Assembly (NCBI GenBank): GCA_964016885.1
Contig: OZ024743.1
Location: forward strand, 141,298,001 to 141,362,000
Reading direction: 5' to 3'
From: Eledone cirrhosa
Taxonomy: Eukaryota
Length of the DNA: 64,000 nucleotides
Shown here: positions 1-13,270 of the stretch, one piece after another
How the letters are laid out: each line of letters opens with the position of its first letter
Numbering within the stretch: position 1 is the first letter of the stretch
Notes under the pieces: generated by a model
Told to the model about the DNA's origin: nothing
The model's database searches: none
Seen by the model: the letters and a program-made list of their open reading frames with translations, nothing else
Made by a program: the position numbers and the translations under genes

Positions 1-2129
1 TGGTGCTTGGTGCTTGGTGTTTGGTGCTTGGTGCTTGGTGCAGGGTGTTTGGTGCTTGGTGCTTGGTGTTTGGTGCTTGGTGCTTGATGCTTGGTGATTG
101 GTGTTTGTTGTTTGGTGCTTGGTGCTTGGTGTTTGGTGCTTGGTGCTTGCTGTTTGGTGTTTGGTGTTTGGTGCTTGGTGCTTGGTCTTTGGTGTTTGGT
201 GTTTGGTGTTTGGTGCTAGGTGCTTGGTGTTTGGTGCTTGGTGTTTGGTGCTTGGTGTTCGGTGCTTGGTGCTTGGTGCTTGGTACTTGGTGTTAGGTTT
301 TTGGTGCTTGGGGCTTGGTGTTTGGTGTTTGGTGCTTGGTGCTTGGTATTTGGTGTTTGGTGCTTGGTGTTTGGTGTTTGGTGCTTTGTGCTTGGTGTTT
401 GGTGCTGGGTGTATGGTGTTTGGTGCTTGGTGCTTGGTGCTTGGTGTTTGGTGTTTGGTGCTTGGTACTTGGTGTTTGGTGTTTGATGCTTGGTGTTTGA
501 TGCTTGTTGCTTGGTGCTTGGTGTTTTGTGTTTGGTGTTTGGTGCTTGGTGTATGTACTTGGTGCTTGGTGCTTGGTGTTTGGTGCTTGGTTCTTGGTGT
601 TTGGTGCTTGGTGCTTGGTGCTTGGTGTTTGGTGCTTGGTGCTTGGTGTTTGGTGCTTGGTGTTTGGTGTTTGGTGCTTGGTGTTTGGTACTTGGTGCTT
701 GGTGCTTGGTTTTAAGTGTTTAGTGCTTGGTGCTTGGTGTTTGGTGCTTCGTGCTTGGTGCTTGGTGTTTGGTGCATGGTGCTTGGTGTTTGGGGCTTGG
801 TGCCTGGTGCTTTGTGTTTGGTGCTAGGAGCTTGGTGCTTGGTCTTTGGTGCTTGGTGCTTGGTGCTTGGTGCTTGGTGTTTGGTGCTTGGTGCTTGGTG
901 CTTGGTTATTAGTGTTTGGTGCTTGGTGCTTGGGGTTTGGTGTTTGGTGCTTGGTGCTTGGTGTTTGGTGTTTGCTGTATGGTGTTTGCTGTTTGGTGTT
1001 TGGTGTTTGCTGTTTGGTGTTTAATGCTTGGTGCTTGGTGCTTGGTGTTTGGTGGTTGGTGCTTGGTGCTTGGTGTTTGGCGTTTGCTCTTTGCTGTTTG
1101 GTGTTTGGTGCTTGCTGTTTGGTGGTTGGTGTTTGGTGTTTGGTGTTTGGTGCTTGCTGTTTGGTGCTTGGTGCTTGGTGTTTGGTGTTTGGTGTTTGGT
1201 GCTTGGTGCTTGGTGTTTGGTGGTTGGTGCTTGGTGCTGGGTGTTTGGTGCTTGTTGCTTGGTGCTTGGTGCTTGGTGCTTGGTGCTTGGTGCTTGGTCT
1301 TTGGTGCTTGGTGTTTGGTGTTTGGTGCTTGGTGCTTGGTGTTTGGTGCTTGGGGCTTGGTGTTTGGTGCTTGGTGATTGCTGCTTGGTGTTTGGTGTTT
1401 GGTGCTTGGTGCTTGGTGCTTGGTGATTAGTGTTTGGTGCTTGGTGCTTGGTGCCTTGTGCTTGGTGCTTGGTGCTTGTTGTTTGGTGCTTGGTGCTTGG
1501 TGATTAGTGTTTGGTGCTTGGTGCTTGGTGCCTGGTGCTTGGTGCTTGTTGTTTGGTGTTTGGTGTTTGGTGCTTGGTGTTTGGTGCTGGGTGCTTTGTG
1601 CTTGGTGTTTGGTGCTGGGTGCTTGGTGTTTGGTGTTTGGTGCTTGGTGTTTGGTGCTGGGTGCTTTGTGCTTGGTGTTTGGTGCTGGGTGTATGGTGTT
1701 TGGTGCTTGGTGCTTGGTGCTTGGTGTTTGGTGTTTGGTGCTTGGTACTTGGTGTTTGGTGTTTGATGCTTGGTGTTTGATGCTTGTTGCTTGGTGCTTG
1801 GTGTTTTGTGTTTGGTGTTTGGTACTTGGTGTATGTACTTGGTGCTTGGTGCTTGGTGTTTGGTGCTTGGTTCTTGGTGTTTGGTGCTTGGTGCTTGGTG
1901 TTTGGTGCTTGGTGTTTGGTGTTTGGTGCCTGGTGTTTGGTACTTGGTGCTTGGTGCTTGGTGTTAAGTGTTTGGTGCTTGGTGCTTGGTGTTTGGTGCT
2001 TCGTGCTTGGTTCTTGGTGTTTGGTGCATGGTGCTTGGTGTTTGGGGCTTGGTGCCTGGTGCTTTGTGTTTGGTGCTAGGTGCTTGGTGCTTGGTCTTTG
2101 GTGTTTGGGGCTTGGTGCTTGGTGCTTGG

Positions 2130-2750
2130 TTATTAGTGTTTGGTGCTTGGTGCTTGGGGTTTGGTGTTTGGTGCTTGGTGCTTGGTGTTTGGCGTTTGCT
2201 CTTTGCTGTTTGGTGTTTGGTGCTTGCTGTTTGGTGTTTGGTGTTTGGTGTTTGGTGTTTGGTGCTTGCTGTTTGGTGCTTGGTGCTTGGTGCTGGGTGT
2301 TTGGTGCTTGGTGCTTGATGCTTGGTGCTTGGTGTTTGGTCCTTGGGGCTTGGTGCTTGGTCTTTGGTGCTTGGGATTTGGTGTTTGGTGCATGGTGCTC
2401 GGTGTTTGGTGCTTGGTGCTTGGTGCTTGGTGTTTGGTGTTTGGTGCTTGCTGCTTGGTGCTTGGTGTTTGGTGCTTGGTCCTTGGTGATTAGTGTTTGG
2501 TGCTTGGTGCTTGGGGTTTGGTGTTTGGTGCTTGGTGCTTGGTGTTTGGCGTTTGCTCTTTGCTGTTTGGTGTTTGGTGCTTGCTGTTTGGTGTTTGGTG
2601 CTTGGTGCTGGGTGTTTGGTGCTTGGTGCTTGATGCTTGGTGCTTGGTGTTTGGTCCTTGGGGCTTGGTGCTTGGTCTTTGGTGCTTGGGATTTGGTGTT
2701 TGGTGCATGGTGCTCGGTGTTTGGTGCTTGGTGCTTGGTGTTTGGTGCTT
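2130..2750. repeat. Tandem block duplication, offset 357 bp then 315 bp (51 then 45 monomers)
   Basis: TAG landmark at 2134 and 2491. CCTTGGGGC at 2341 and 2656. Both copies carry the GGGATTTGG...GCATGGTGCTCGG variant set. Confidence 0.85.
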
Positions 2751-4844
2751 GGTGTTTGGTTCTTGGTGTATGTACTTGGTGCTTGGTGCTTGGTGTTTGG
2801 TGCTTGGTTCTTGGTGTTTGGTGCTTGGTGTTTGGTGCTTGGTGTTTGGTGCTTGGTGCTTGGTGTTTGGTACTTGGTGCTTGGTGTTTGGTGTTTGGTG
2901 CTTGGTGTTTGGTGCTTGGTGCTTGGTGCTTGGTGTTAAGTGTTTGGTGCATGGTGCTTGGTGTTTGGTGCTTCGTGCTTGGTGCTTGGTGTTTGGTGCA
3001 TGGTGCTTGATGTTTGGGGCTTGGTGCCTGGTGCTTGGTGTTTGGTGCTTGGTGCTTGGTGCTTGGTGTTTGGTGTTTGGTGCTTGGTGCTTGGTGTTTG
3101 GTGCTTGGTGTTTGGTGATTGGTGTTCGGTGCTTGGTGGTTGGTGCTTGGTAATTGGTGTTAGGTTTTTGGTGCTTGGGGCTTGGTGTTTGGTGTTTGGT
3201 GCTTGGTGCTTGGTGTTTGGTGTTTGGTGCTTGGTGTTTGGTGCTTGGTGCTTTGTGCTTGGTGTTTGGTGCTGGGTGTATGGTGTTTGGTGCTTGGTGC
3301 TTGGTGCTTGGTGTTTGGTGTTTGGTGCTTGGTACTTGGTGTTTGGTGTTTGATGCTTGGTGTTTGATGCTTGTTGCTTGGTGCTTGGTGTTTTGTGTTT
3401 GGTGTTTGGTGCTTTGTGTTTGGTGCTTGGTGCTTGGTGTTTGGTGCTTGGTGTTTGGTGTTTGGTGCTTGGTGTTTGGTACTTGGTGCTTGGTGCTTGG
3501 TGTTAAGTGTTTGGTGCTTGGTGCTTGGTGTTTGGTGCTTCGTGCTTGGTGCTTGGTGTTTGGTGCATGGTGCTTGGTGTTTGAGGCTTGGTGCCTGGTG
3601 CTTTGTGTTTGGTGCTAGGTGCTTGGTGCTTGGTCTTTGGTGTTTGGTGTTGGTGCTTGGTGCTTGGTGTTTGGTGCTTGGTGATTGGTGCTTGGTGCTT
3701 GGTTATTAGTGTTTGGTGCTTGTTGCTTGGGGTTTGGTGTTTGGTGCTTGGTGCTTGGTGTTTGGTGTTTGCTGTATGGTGTTTGCTGTTTCGTGTTTGG
3801 TGTTTGCTGTTTGGTGTTTAATGCTTGGTGCTTGGTGCATGGTGTTTGGTGCTTGGTGCTTGGTGCTTGGTGTTTGGCGTTTGCTCTTTGCTGTTTGGTG
3901 TTTGGTGCTTGCTGTTTGGTGTTTGGTGTTTGGTGTTTGGTGTTTGGTGCTTGCTGTTTGGTGCTTGGTGCTTGGTGTTTGGTGTTTGGTGTTTGGTGCT
4001 TGGTGCTTGGTGTTTGGTGCTTGGTGCTTGGTGCTGGGTGTTTGGTGCTTGGTGCTTGGTGTTTGGTGCTTGGTGCTTGATGCTTGGTACTTGGTCTTTG
4101 GTCCTTGGGGCTTGGTGCTTGGTCTTTGGTGCTTGGGATTTGGTGTTTGGTGCATGGTGCTCGGTGTTTGGTGCTTGGTGCGTGGTGCTTGGTGTTTGGT
4201 GTTTGGTGCTTGCTGCTTGGTGCTTGGTGTTTGGTGCTTGGTGCTTGGTGATTAGTGTTTGGTGCATGGTGCTTGGTGTTTGTTGTTTGGTGCTTGGTGC
4301 TTGGTGTTTGGTGCTTGGTGCTTGCTGTTTGGTGTTTGGTGTTTGGTGCTTGGTGCTTGGTCTTTGGTGTTTGGTGTTTGGTGTTTGGTGCTTGGTGCTT
4401 GGTGTTTGGTGCTTGGTGTTTGGTGCTTGGTGTATGTGCTTGGTGCTTGGTGCTTGGTGCTTGGTTCTTGGTGTTTGGTGCTTGGTGTTTGGTGCTTGGT
4501 GTTTGGTGCTTGGTGCTTGGTGTTTGGTACTTGGTGCTTGGTGTTTGGTGTTTGGTGCTTGGTGTTTGGCGCTTGGTGCTTGGTGCTTGGTGTTAAGTGT
4601 TTGGTGCTTGGTGCTTGGTGTTTGGTGCTTCGTGCTTGGTGCTTAGTGTTTGGTGCATGGTGCTTGATGTTTGGGGCTTGGTGCCTGGTGCTTGGAGTTT
4701 GGTGCTTGGTGCTTGGTGCTTGGTGTTTGGTGTTTGGTGCTTGGTGCTTGGTGTTTGGTGCTTGGTGTTTGGTGCTTGGTGTTCGGTGCTTGGTGCTTGG
4801 TGCTTGGTACTTGGTGTTAGGTTTTTGGTGCTTGGGGCTTGGTG

Positions 4845-5853
4845 TTTGGTGTTTGGTGCTTGGTGCTTGGTGTTTGGTGTTTGGTGCTTGGTGTTTGGTG
4901 CTTGGTGCTTTGTGCTTGGTGTTTGGTGCTGGGTGTATGGTGTTTGGTGCTTGGTGCTTGGTGCTTGGTGTTTGGTGTTTGGTGCTTGGTACTTGGTGTT
5001 TGGTGTTTGATGCTTGGTGTTTGATGCTTGTTGATTGGTGCTTGGTGTTTTGTGTTTGGTGTTTGGTGCTTGGTGTATGTACTTGGTGCTTGGTGCTTGG
5101 TGTTTGGTGCTTGGTTCTTGGTGTTTGGTGCTTGGTGCTTGGTGCTTGGTGTTTGGTGCTTGGTGCTTGGTGTTTGGTGCTTGGTGTTTGGTGTTTGGTG
5201 CTTGGTGTTTGGTACTTGGTGCTTGGTGCTTGGTGTTAAGTGTTTGGTGCTTGGTGTTTGGTGTTTGGTGCTTCGTGCTTGGTGCTTGGTGTTTGAGGCT
5301 TGGTGCCTGGTGCTTTGTGTTTGGTGCTAGGTGCTTGGTGCTTGGTCTTTGGTGTTTGGTGCTTGGTGCTTGGTGTTTGGTGTTTGGTGCTTGGTGTTTG
5401 GTGCTTGGTGCTTTGTGCTTGGTGTTTGGTGCTGGGTGTATGGTGTTTGGTGCTTGGTGCTTGGTGCTTGGTGTTTGGTGTTTGGTGCTTGGTACTTGGT
5501 GTTTGGTGTTTGATGCTTGGTGTTTGATGCTTGTTGATTGGTGCTTGGTGTTTTGTGTTTGGTGTTTGGTGCTTGGTGTATGTACTTGGTGCTTGGTGCT
5601 TGGTGTTTGGTGCTTGGTTCTTGGTGTTTGGTGCTTGGTGCTTGGTGCTTGGTGTTTGGTGCTTGGTGCTTGGTGTTTGGTGCTTGGTGTTTGGTGTTTG
5701 GTGCTTGGTGTTTGGTACTTGGTGCTTGGTGCTTGGTGTTAAGTGTTTGGTGCTTGGTGCTTGGTGTTTGGTGCTTCGTGCTTGGTGCTTGGTGTTTGAG
5801 GCTTGGTGCCTGGTGCTTTGTGTTTGGTGCTAGGTGCTTGGTGCTTGGTCTTT
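4845..5853. repeat. 503-bp tandem duplication (72 monomers, one of them 6 bp)
   Basis: ORFs 5028..5330 and 5531..5833 are near-identical. GTATGTAC at 5075 and 5578, GTTAAG at 5235 and 5738. Both copies share the variant CTTGTTGATTGG. Confidence 0.92.
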
Positions 5854-5854
5854 G

Positions 5855-8800
5855 GTTCTTGGTGTTTGGTGCTTGGTGCTTGGTGCTTGGTGTTTGGTGC
5901 TTGGTGCTTGGTGTTTGGTACTTGGTGCTTGGTGTTTGGTGTTTGGTGCTTGGTGTTTGGTGCTTGGTGCTTGGTGCTTGGTGTTAAGTGTTTGGTGCTT
6001 GGTGCTTGGTGTTTGGTGCTTCGTGCTTGGTGCTTGGTGTTTGGTGCTTGGTGCTTGGTGTTTGGTGCTTGGTGCTTGGTGTTTGGTACTTGGTGCTTGG
6101 TGTTTGGTGTTTGGTGCTTGGTGTTTGGTGCTTGGTGCTTGGTGCTTGGTGTTAAGTGTTTGGTGCTTGGTGCTTGGTGTTTGGTGCTTCGTGCTTGGTG
6201 TTTGGTGTTTGGTGCTAGGTGCTTGGTGCTTGGTGTTTGGTGCTTGGTGCTTGGTGTTTGGTGCTTGGTGCTTGGGGCTTGGTGTTTGGTGCTTGCTGCT
6301 TGGTGTTTGGTGCTTGGTGCTTGGTGCTTGGTGTTTGGTGTTTGGTGTTTGGTGCTTGGTGTTTGGTGCTTGGTGCTTGGTGCTGGGTGGTTGATGTTTG
6401 GTGCTTGTTGCTTGGTGTTTGGTGCTTGGTGCTTGGTGCTTATTGTTTGGTGCTTGGTGCTTGGTGCTTGGTGCTTGGCCTTTGGTGCTTGGTGTTTGCT
6501 GTTTGGTGTTTGGTGTTTGTGCTTGGTGCTTGGTGCTTGGTGTTTGGTGCTAGGTGCTTGACGCTTGGCGTTTGGTGCTTGGTGCTTGGTGCTTGGTGAT
6601 TAGTGTTTGGTGCTTGGTGCTTGGGGTTTGGTGTTTGGTATTTGCTGTTTGGTGTTTGCTGTATGGTGTTTGCTGTTTTGTGTTTCGTGTTTGCTGTTTG
6701 GTGTTTGGTGCTTGGTGCTTGGTGCTTGGTGTTTCGTGCTTGGTGCTTGGTGCTTGGTGTTTGGCGTTTGCTGTTTGCTGTTTGGTGTTTGGTGTTTGCT
6801 GTTTGGTGTTTGCTGTTTGGTGTTTGGTGCTTGGTGCTTGGTGGCTGGTGTTTGGTGCTTGGTGTTTGGATTTTGGTGCTTGGTGCTTGGTGCCTGGTGT
6901 TTCGTGCTTGGTGCTTGGTGCTTGGTGTTTGGTGTTTGGTGCTTGGTGTTTGGTATTTGGTGCTTGGTGCTTGGTGCTTGGTGTTTGGTTCTTGGTGCTT
7001 GGTGCTTGGTGTTTGATGCTGCGTGCTTGGTGTTTGGTGTTTGGTGCTTGATGCTTGGTGTTTGTTGTTTGGAGCTTGGTGCCTGGTGCTTGTTGTTTGG
7101 TGCCTCGTGCTTGTTGTTTGGTGTTTGGTGCTTGGTGCTTGATGTTTGGTGCTTGGTGCTTGGTGCTTGGTGTTTGGTGCTTGGTGCTTGGTGTTTGGTG
7201 CTTGGTGCTTGGTGTTTGGTGCTTGGTGTTTGGTGCTTGGTGCTTGGTGCTTGGTGCTTGGTGTTAGGTGTTTGGTGCTTGGTGCTTTGTGTTTGATGTT
7301 TGGTCCTTGGTGCTTGGTGTTTGGTGTTTGGTGCTTGGTGCTTGGTGTTTGGTGTTTGGTGCTTGCTGCTTGGTTCTTGGTGTTTTGTGTTTGGAGTTTC
7401 GTGTTTGGTGTTTGGTGCTTCGGTCTTGGTGCTTGGTGTTTGGTGCTTGGTGCTTGGTGTTTGGTGCTTGGTGCCTGGTGCTTGTTGTTTGGTGCTTGGT
7501 GCTTGGTGTTTGATGATTGGTGCTTGGTGTTTGGTGCTTGGTGCTTGGTGCTTGGTGCTTGGTGTTAGGTGTTTGGTGCTTGGTGCTTGGTGTTTGATGT
7601 TTGGTCCTTGGTGCTTGGTGTTTGGTGTTTGGTGCTTCGTGCTTGGTGTTTGGTGTTTGGTGCTTGGTGCTTGGTGTTTGGTGCTTGCTGCTTGCTGCTT
7701 GGGTTTTGGTGCTTGGTGATTGGTGCTTGGTGTTTTGGGCTTGGTGCTAGGTGTTTGGTGTTTGGTGTTTGGTGCTTGGTGCTTGGTGCTTGGTGCTTGG
7801 TGCTTGGTGTTTGGTGCTGCGTGCTTGGTGTTTGGTGTCTGGAGTTTGGTGCTTGGTGCTTGGTGCCTGGTGTTTCGTGCTTGGTGCTTGGTGCTTGGTG
7901 TTTGGTGTTTGGTGCTTGGTGTTTGGTGTTTGGTACTTGGTGTTTGGTGCTTGGTGCCTGGTGCTTGGTGTTTGGTGCTTGGTGCTTGGTGTTTGGTGAT
8001 TGGTGCTTGGTGTTTGGTGATTGGTGCTTGATGCTTGGTGCTTGGTGTTAGGTGTTTGGTGCTTGGTGCTTGGTGTTTGATGTTTGGTCCTTGGTGCTTG
8101 GTGTTTGGTGTTTGGTGCTTGGTGCTTGGTGTTTGGTGTTTGGTGCTTGCTGCTTGCTGCTTGGTGTTTGGTGCTTGGTGATTGGTGCTTGGTGTTTTGT
8201 GCTTGGTGCTTGGTGTTTGGTGTTTGGTGCTAGGGGCTTAGTGCTTGGTGCTTGGTGTTTGGTGCTTGGTGCTTGCTGTTTGGAGTTTGGTGCTTGGTGC
8301 GTGGGACTTAGTGTTTGGTGTTTGGTGCTTGGTGTTTGGTGCTTGGTGTTTGGGGCTTGGTGTTCGGTGCTTGGTGCTTGGTGCTTGGGGCTTGGTGTTT
8401 GTTGTTTGGTGCTTGGTGCTTGGTCTTTGGTGCTTGGTGTTTGGTGTTTGGTGCTTGGTGCTTGGTGCTTGGTTTTTGGTGCTTGGTGCTTGGTGCTTGG
8501 TGTTTGGTGCTTGGTGCTTGGTGCTTGTTGTTTGGTGCTTGGTGCTTGGTCTTTGGTGCTTGGTGTTTGGTGTTTGGTGCTTGGTGCTTGGTGTTTGGTG
8601 CTTGGTGCTAGGTGTTTAGTGTTTGGTGCTTGGTGCTTGGTGCTTGGTGCTTAGTGCTTGGTGTTTGGTGTTTGGTGCTTGGTGTTTGGTGTTTGGTGTT
8701 TGATGCTTGGTTTTTGATGCTTGGTGCTTGGTGCCTGGTGCTTGGTGCTTGGTGTTTGTTGTTTGGTGCTTGGTGCTTGGTTATTAGTCTTTGGTGCTTG

Positions 8801-11800
8801 GTGCTTGGTGTTTGGTGTTTCGTGCTTCGTGTCTAGTGTTTGGGTTTTGGTGTTTGGTGTTTGCTGTATGGTGTTTGCTGTTTCGTGTTTGGTGCTTCGT
8901 GCTTGGTGCTTGGTGTTTGGTGCATGGTGCTTGGTGTTTGAGGCTTGGTGCCTGGTGCTTTGTGTTTGGTGCTAGGTGCTTGGTGCTTGGTCTTTGGTGT
9001 TTGGTGCTTGGTGCTTGGTGCTTGGTGTTTGGTGCTTGGTGCTTGGTGCTTGGTTATTAGTGTTTAGTGCTTGGTGCTTGGGGTTTGGTGTTTGGTGCTT
9101 GGTGCTTGGTGTTTGGTGTTTGCTGTATGGTGTTTGCTGTTTCGTGTTTGGTGTTTGCTGTTTGGTGTTTAATGCTTGGTGCTTGGTGCTTGGTGTTTGG
9201 TGCTTGGTGCTTGGTGCTTGGTGCTTGGCGTTTGCTCTTTGCTGTTTGGTGTTTGGTGCTTGCTGTTTGGTGTTTGGTGTTTGGTGTTTGGTGTTTGGTG
9301 CTTGCTGTTTGGTGCTTGGTGCTTGGTGTTTGGTGTTTGGTGTTTGGTGCTTGGTGCTTGGTGTTTGGTGCTTGTTGCTTGGTGCTGGGTGTTTGGTGCT
9401 TGTTGCTTGGTGTTTGGTGCTTGGTGCGTGGTGCTTGGTGTTTGGTGTTTGGTGCTTGCTGCTTGGTGCTTGGTGTTTGGTGCTTGGTGCTTGGTGATTA
9501 GTGTTTGGTGCATGGTGCTTGGTGTTTGTTGTTTGGTGCTTGGTGCTTGGTGTTTGGTGCTTGGTGCTTGCTGTTTGGTGTTTGGTGTTTGGTGCTTGGT
9601 GCTTGGTCTTTGGTCTTTGGTGTTTGGTGTTTGGTGCTTGGTGCTTGGTGTTTGGTGCTTGGTGTTTGGTGCTTGGTGTATGTGCTTGGTCCTTGGTGCT
9701 TGGTGCTTGGTTCTTGGTGTTTGGTGCTTGGTGTTTGGTGCTTGGTGTTTGGTGCTTGGTGCTTGGTGTTTGGTACTTGGTGCTTGGTGTTTGGTGTTTG
9801 GTGCTTGGTGTTTGGTGCTTGGTGCTTGGTGCTTGGTGTTAAGTGTTTGGTGTTTGCTGTATGGTGTTTGCTGTTTCGTGTTTGGTGTTTGCTGTTTGGT
9901 GTTTAATGCTTGGTGCTTGGTGCTTGGTGTTTGGTGCTTGGTGCTTGGTGCTTGGTGCTTGGCGTTTGCTCTTTGCTTTTTGGTGTTTGGTGCTTGCTGT
10001 TTGGTGTTTGGTGTTTGGTGTTTGGTGTTTGGTGCTTGCTGTTTGGTGCTTGGTGCTTGGTGTTTGGTGTTTGGTGTTTGGTGCTTGGTGCTTGGTGTTT
10101 GGTGCTTGGTGCTTGGTGCTGGGTGTTTGGTGCTTGTTGCTTGGTGTTTGGTGCTTGGTGCTTGATGTTTGGTGCTTGGTGTTTGGTCCTTGGTGGTTGG
10201 TGCTTGGTCTTTGGTGCTTGGGGTTTGGTGTTTGGTGCTTGGTGCTTGGTGTTTGGTGCTTGGTGCTTGGTGCTTGGTGTTTGGTGTTTGGTGCTTGCTG
10301 CTTGGTGCTTGGTGTTTGGTGCTTGGTGCTTGGTGATTAGTGTTTGTTGCATGGTGCTTGGTGTTTGTTGTTTGGTGCTTGGTGCTTGGTGTTTGGTGCT
10401 TGGTGCTTGCTGTTTGGTGTTTGGTGTTTGGTGCTTGGTGCTTGGTGTTTGGTGTTTGGTGTTTGGTGTTTGGTGTTTGGTGCTTGGTGCTTGGTGTTTG
10501 GTGCTTGGTGTTTGGTGCTTGGTGTATGTACTTGCTGCTTGGTGCTTGGTGTTTGGTGCTTGGTTCTTGGTGTTTGGTGCTTGGTGCTTGGTGCTTGGTG
10601 TTTGGTGCTTGGTGCTTGGTGTTTGGTACTTGGTGCTTGGTGTTTGGTGTTTGGTGCTTGGTGTTTGGTGCTTGGTGCTTGGTGCTTGGTGTTAAGTGTT
10701 TGGTGCTTGGTGCTTGGTGTTTGGTGCTTCGTGCTTGGTGCTTGGTGTTTGGTGCTTGGTGCTTGGTGTTTGGTGCTTGGTGCTTGGTGTTTGGTACTTG
10801 GTGCTTGGTGTTTGGTGTTTGGTGCATGGTGTTTGGTGCTTGGTGCTTGGTGCTTGGTGTTAAGTGTTTGGTGCTTGGTGCTTGGTGTTTGGTGCTTCGT
10901 GCTTGGTGTTTGGTGTTTGGTGCTAGGTGCTTGGTGCTTGGTGTTTGGTGCTTGGTGCTTGGTGTTTGGTGCTTGGTGCTTGGGGGTGGTGTTTGGTGCT
11001 TGCTGCTTGGTGTTTGGTGCTTGGTGCTTGGTGCTTGGTGTTTGGTGTTTGGTGTTTGGTGCTTGGTGTTTGGTGCTTGGTGCTTGGTGCTGGGTGGTTG
11101 ATGTTTGGTGCTTGGTGCTTGGTGTTTGGTGCTTGGTGCTTGGTGCCTATTGTTTGGTGCTTGGTGCTTGGTGCTTGGGGCTTGGCCTTTGGTGCTTGGT
11201 GTTTGCTGTTTGGTGTTTGGTGTTTGTGCTTGGTGCTTGGTGCTTGGTGTTTGGTGCTAGGTGCTTGACGCTTGGCGTTTGGTGCTTGGTGCTTGGTGCT
11301 TGGTGATTAGTGTTTGGTGCTTGGTGCTTGGGGTTTGGTGTTTGGTATTTGCTGTTTGGTGTTTGCTGTATGGTGTTTGCTGTTTTGTGTTTCGTGTTTG
11401 CTGTTTGGTGTTTGGTGCTTGGTGCTTGGTGCTTGGTGTTTCGTGCTTGGTGCTTGGTGCTTGGTGTTTGGCGTTTGCTGTTTGCTGTTTGGTGTTTGGT
11501 GTTTGCTGTTTGGTGTTTGCTGTTTGGTGTTTGGTGCTTGGTGCTTGGTGGCTGGTGTTTGGTGCTTGGTGTTTGGATTTTGGTGCTTGGTGCTTGGTGC
11601 CTGGTGTTTCGTGCTTGGTGCTTGGTGCTTGGTGTTTGGTGTTTGGTGCTTGGTGTTTGGTATTTGGTGCTTGGTGCTTGGTGCTTGGTGTTTGGTGCTT
11701 GGTGCTTGGTGCTTGGTGTTTGATGCTGCGTGCTTGGTGTTTGGTGTTTGGTGCTTGATGCTTGGTGTTTGTTGTTTGGAGCTTGGTGCCTGGTGCTTGT

Positions 11801-13270
11801 TGTTTGGTGCCTCGTGCTTGTTGTTTGGTGTTTGGTGTTCGGTGCTTGGTGCTTGGTGTTTGGTGCTTGGTACTTGGTGTTTGGTGCTTGGTGTTTGGTG
11901 CTTGGTGCTTGGTGCTTGGTGCTTGGTGTTAGTTGTTTGGTGCTTGGTGCTTGGTGTTTGATGTTTGGTCCTTGGTGCTTGGTGTTTGGTGTTTGGTGCT
12001 TGGTGCTTGGTGTTTGGTGTTTGGTGCTTGCTGCTTGGTGCTTGGTGTTTTGTGTTTGGAGTTTGGTGTTTGGTGTTTGGTGCTTCGGTCTTGGTGCTTG
12101 GTGTTTGGTGCTTGGTGCTTGGTGTTTGGTGCTTGGTGCCTGGTGCTTGTTGTTTGGTGCTTGGTGCTTGGTGTTTGATGATTGGTGCTTGGTGTTTGGT
12201 GCTTGGTGCTTGGTGCTTGGTGCTTGGTGTTAGGTGTTTGGTGCTTGGTGCTTGGTGTTTGATGTTTGGTCCTTGGTGCTTGGTGTTTGGTGTTTGGTGC
12301 TTGGTGCTTGGTGTTTGGTGTTTGGTGCTTGGTGCTTGGTGTTTGGTGCTTGCTGCTTGCTGCTTGGGTTTTGGTGCTTGGTGATTGGTGCTTGGTGTTT
12401 TGTGCTTGGTGCTTGGTGTTTGGTGTTTGGTGTTTGTTGCTTGGTGCTTGGTGCTTGGTGCTTGGTGCTTGGTGTTTGGTGCTGCGTGCTTGGTGTTTGG
12501 TGTCTGGAGTTTGGTGCTTGGTGCTTGGTGCCTGGTGTTTCGTGCTTGGTGCTTGGTGCTTGGTGTTTGGTGTTTGGTGCTTGGTGTTTGGTGTTTGGTA
12601 CTTGGTGTTTGGTGCTTGGTGCCTGGTGCTTGGTGTTTGGTGCTTGGTGCTTGGTGTTTGGTGATTGGTGCTTGGTGTTTGGTGATTGGTGCTTGATGCT
12701 TGGTGCTTGGTGTTAGGTGTTTGGTGCTTGGTGCTTGGTGTTTGATGTTTGGTCCTTGGTGCTTGGTGTTTGGTGTTTGGTGCTTGGTGCTTGGTGTTTG
12801 GTGTTTGGTGCTTGCTGCTTGCTGCTTGGTGTTTGGTGCTTGGTGATTGGTGCTAGGTGTTTTGTGCTTGGTGCTTGGTGTTTGGTGTTTGGTGCTAGGG
12901 GCTTAGTGCTTGGTGCTTGGTGTTTGGTGCTTGGTGCTTGCTGTTTGGTGTTTGGTGCTTGGTGCGTGGGACTTAGTGTTTGGTGTTTGGTGCTTGGTGT
13001 TTGGTGCTTGGTGTTTGGGGCTTGGTGTTCGGTGCTTGGTGCTTGGTGCTTGGGGCTTGGTGTTTGTTGTTTGGTGCTTGGTCTTTGGTGCTTGGTGTTT
13101 GGTGTTTGGTGCTTGGTGCTTGGTGCTTGGTTTTTGGTGCTTGGTGCTTGGTGCTTGGTGTTTGGTGCTTGGTGCTTGATGCTTGTTGTTTGGTGCTTGG
13201 TGCTTGGTCTTTGGTGCTTGGTGTTTGGTGTTTGGTGCTTGGTGCTTGGTGTTTGGTGCTTGGTGCCTGG
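5855..13270. repeat. About 2.7-kb block (about 5855-8600) repeated about 4.7 kb downstream (about 10563-13270)
   Basis: CTTGACGC at 6557 and 11264 (offset 4707). GCGTGGGACTTAG at 8299 and 12964 (offset 4665, after a 42-bp indel). Matching ORF pairs 6554/11261, 7569/12234 and 8052/12717. Confidence 0.92.

Noticed and set aside
6370-6860. Chi-like words (GCTGGGTGG, GGCTGGTG)
   Set aside because: They are not the exact E. coli Chi octamer GCTGGTGG and are expected by chance one or two substitutions from the monomer.
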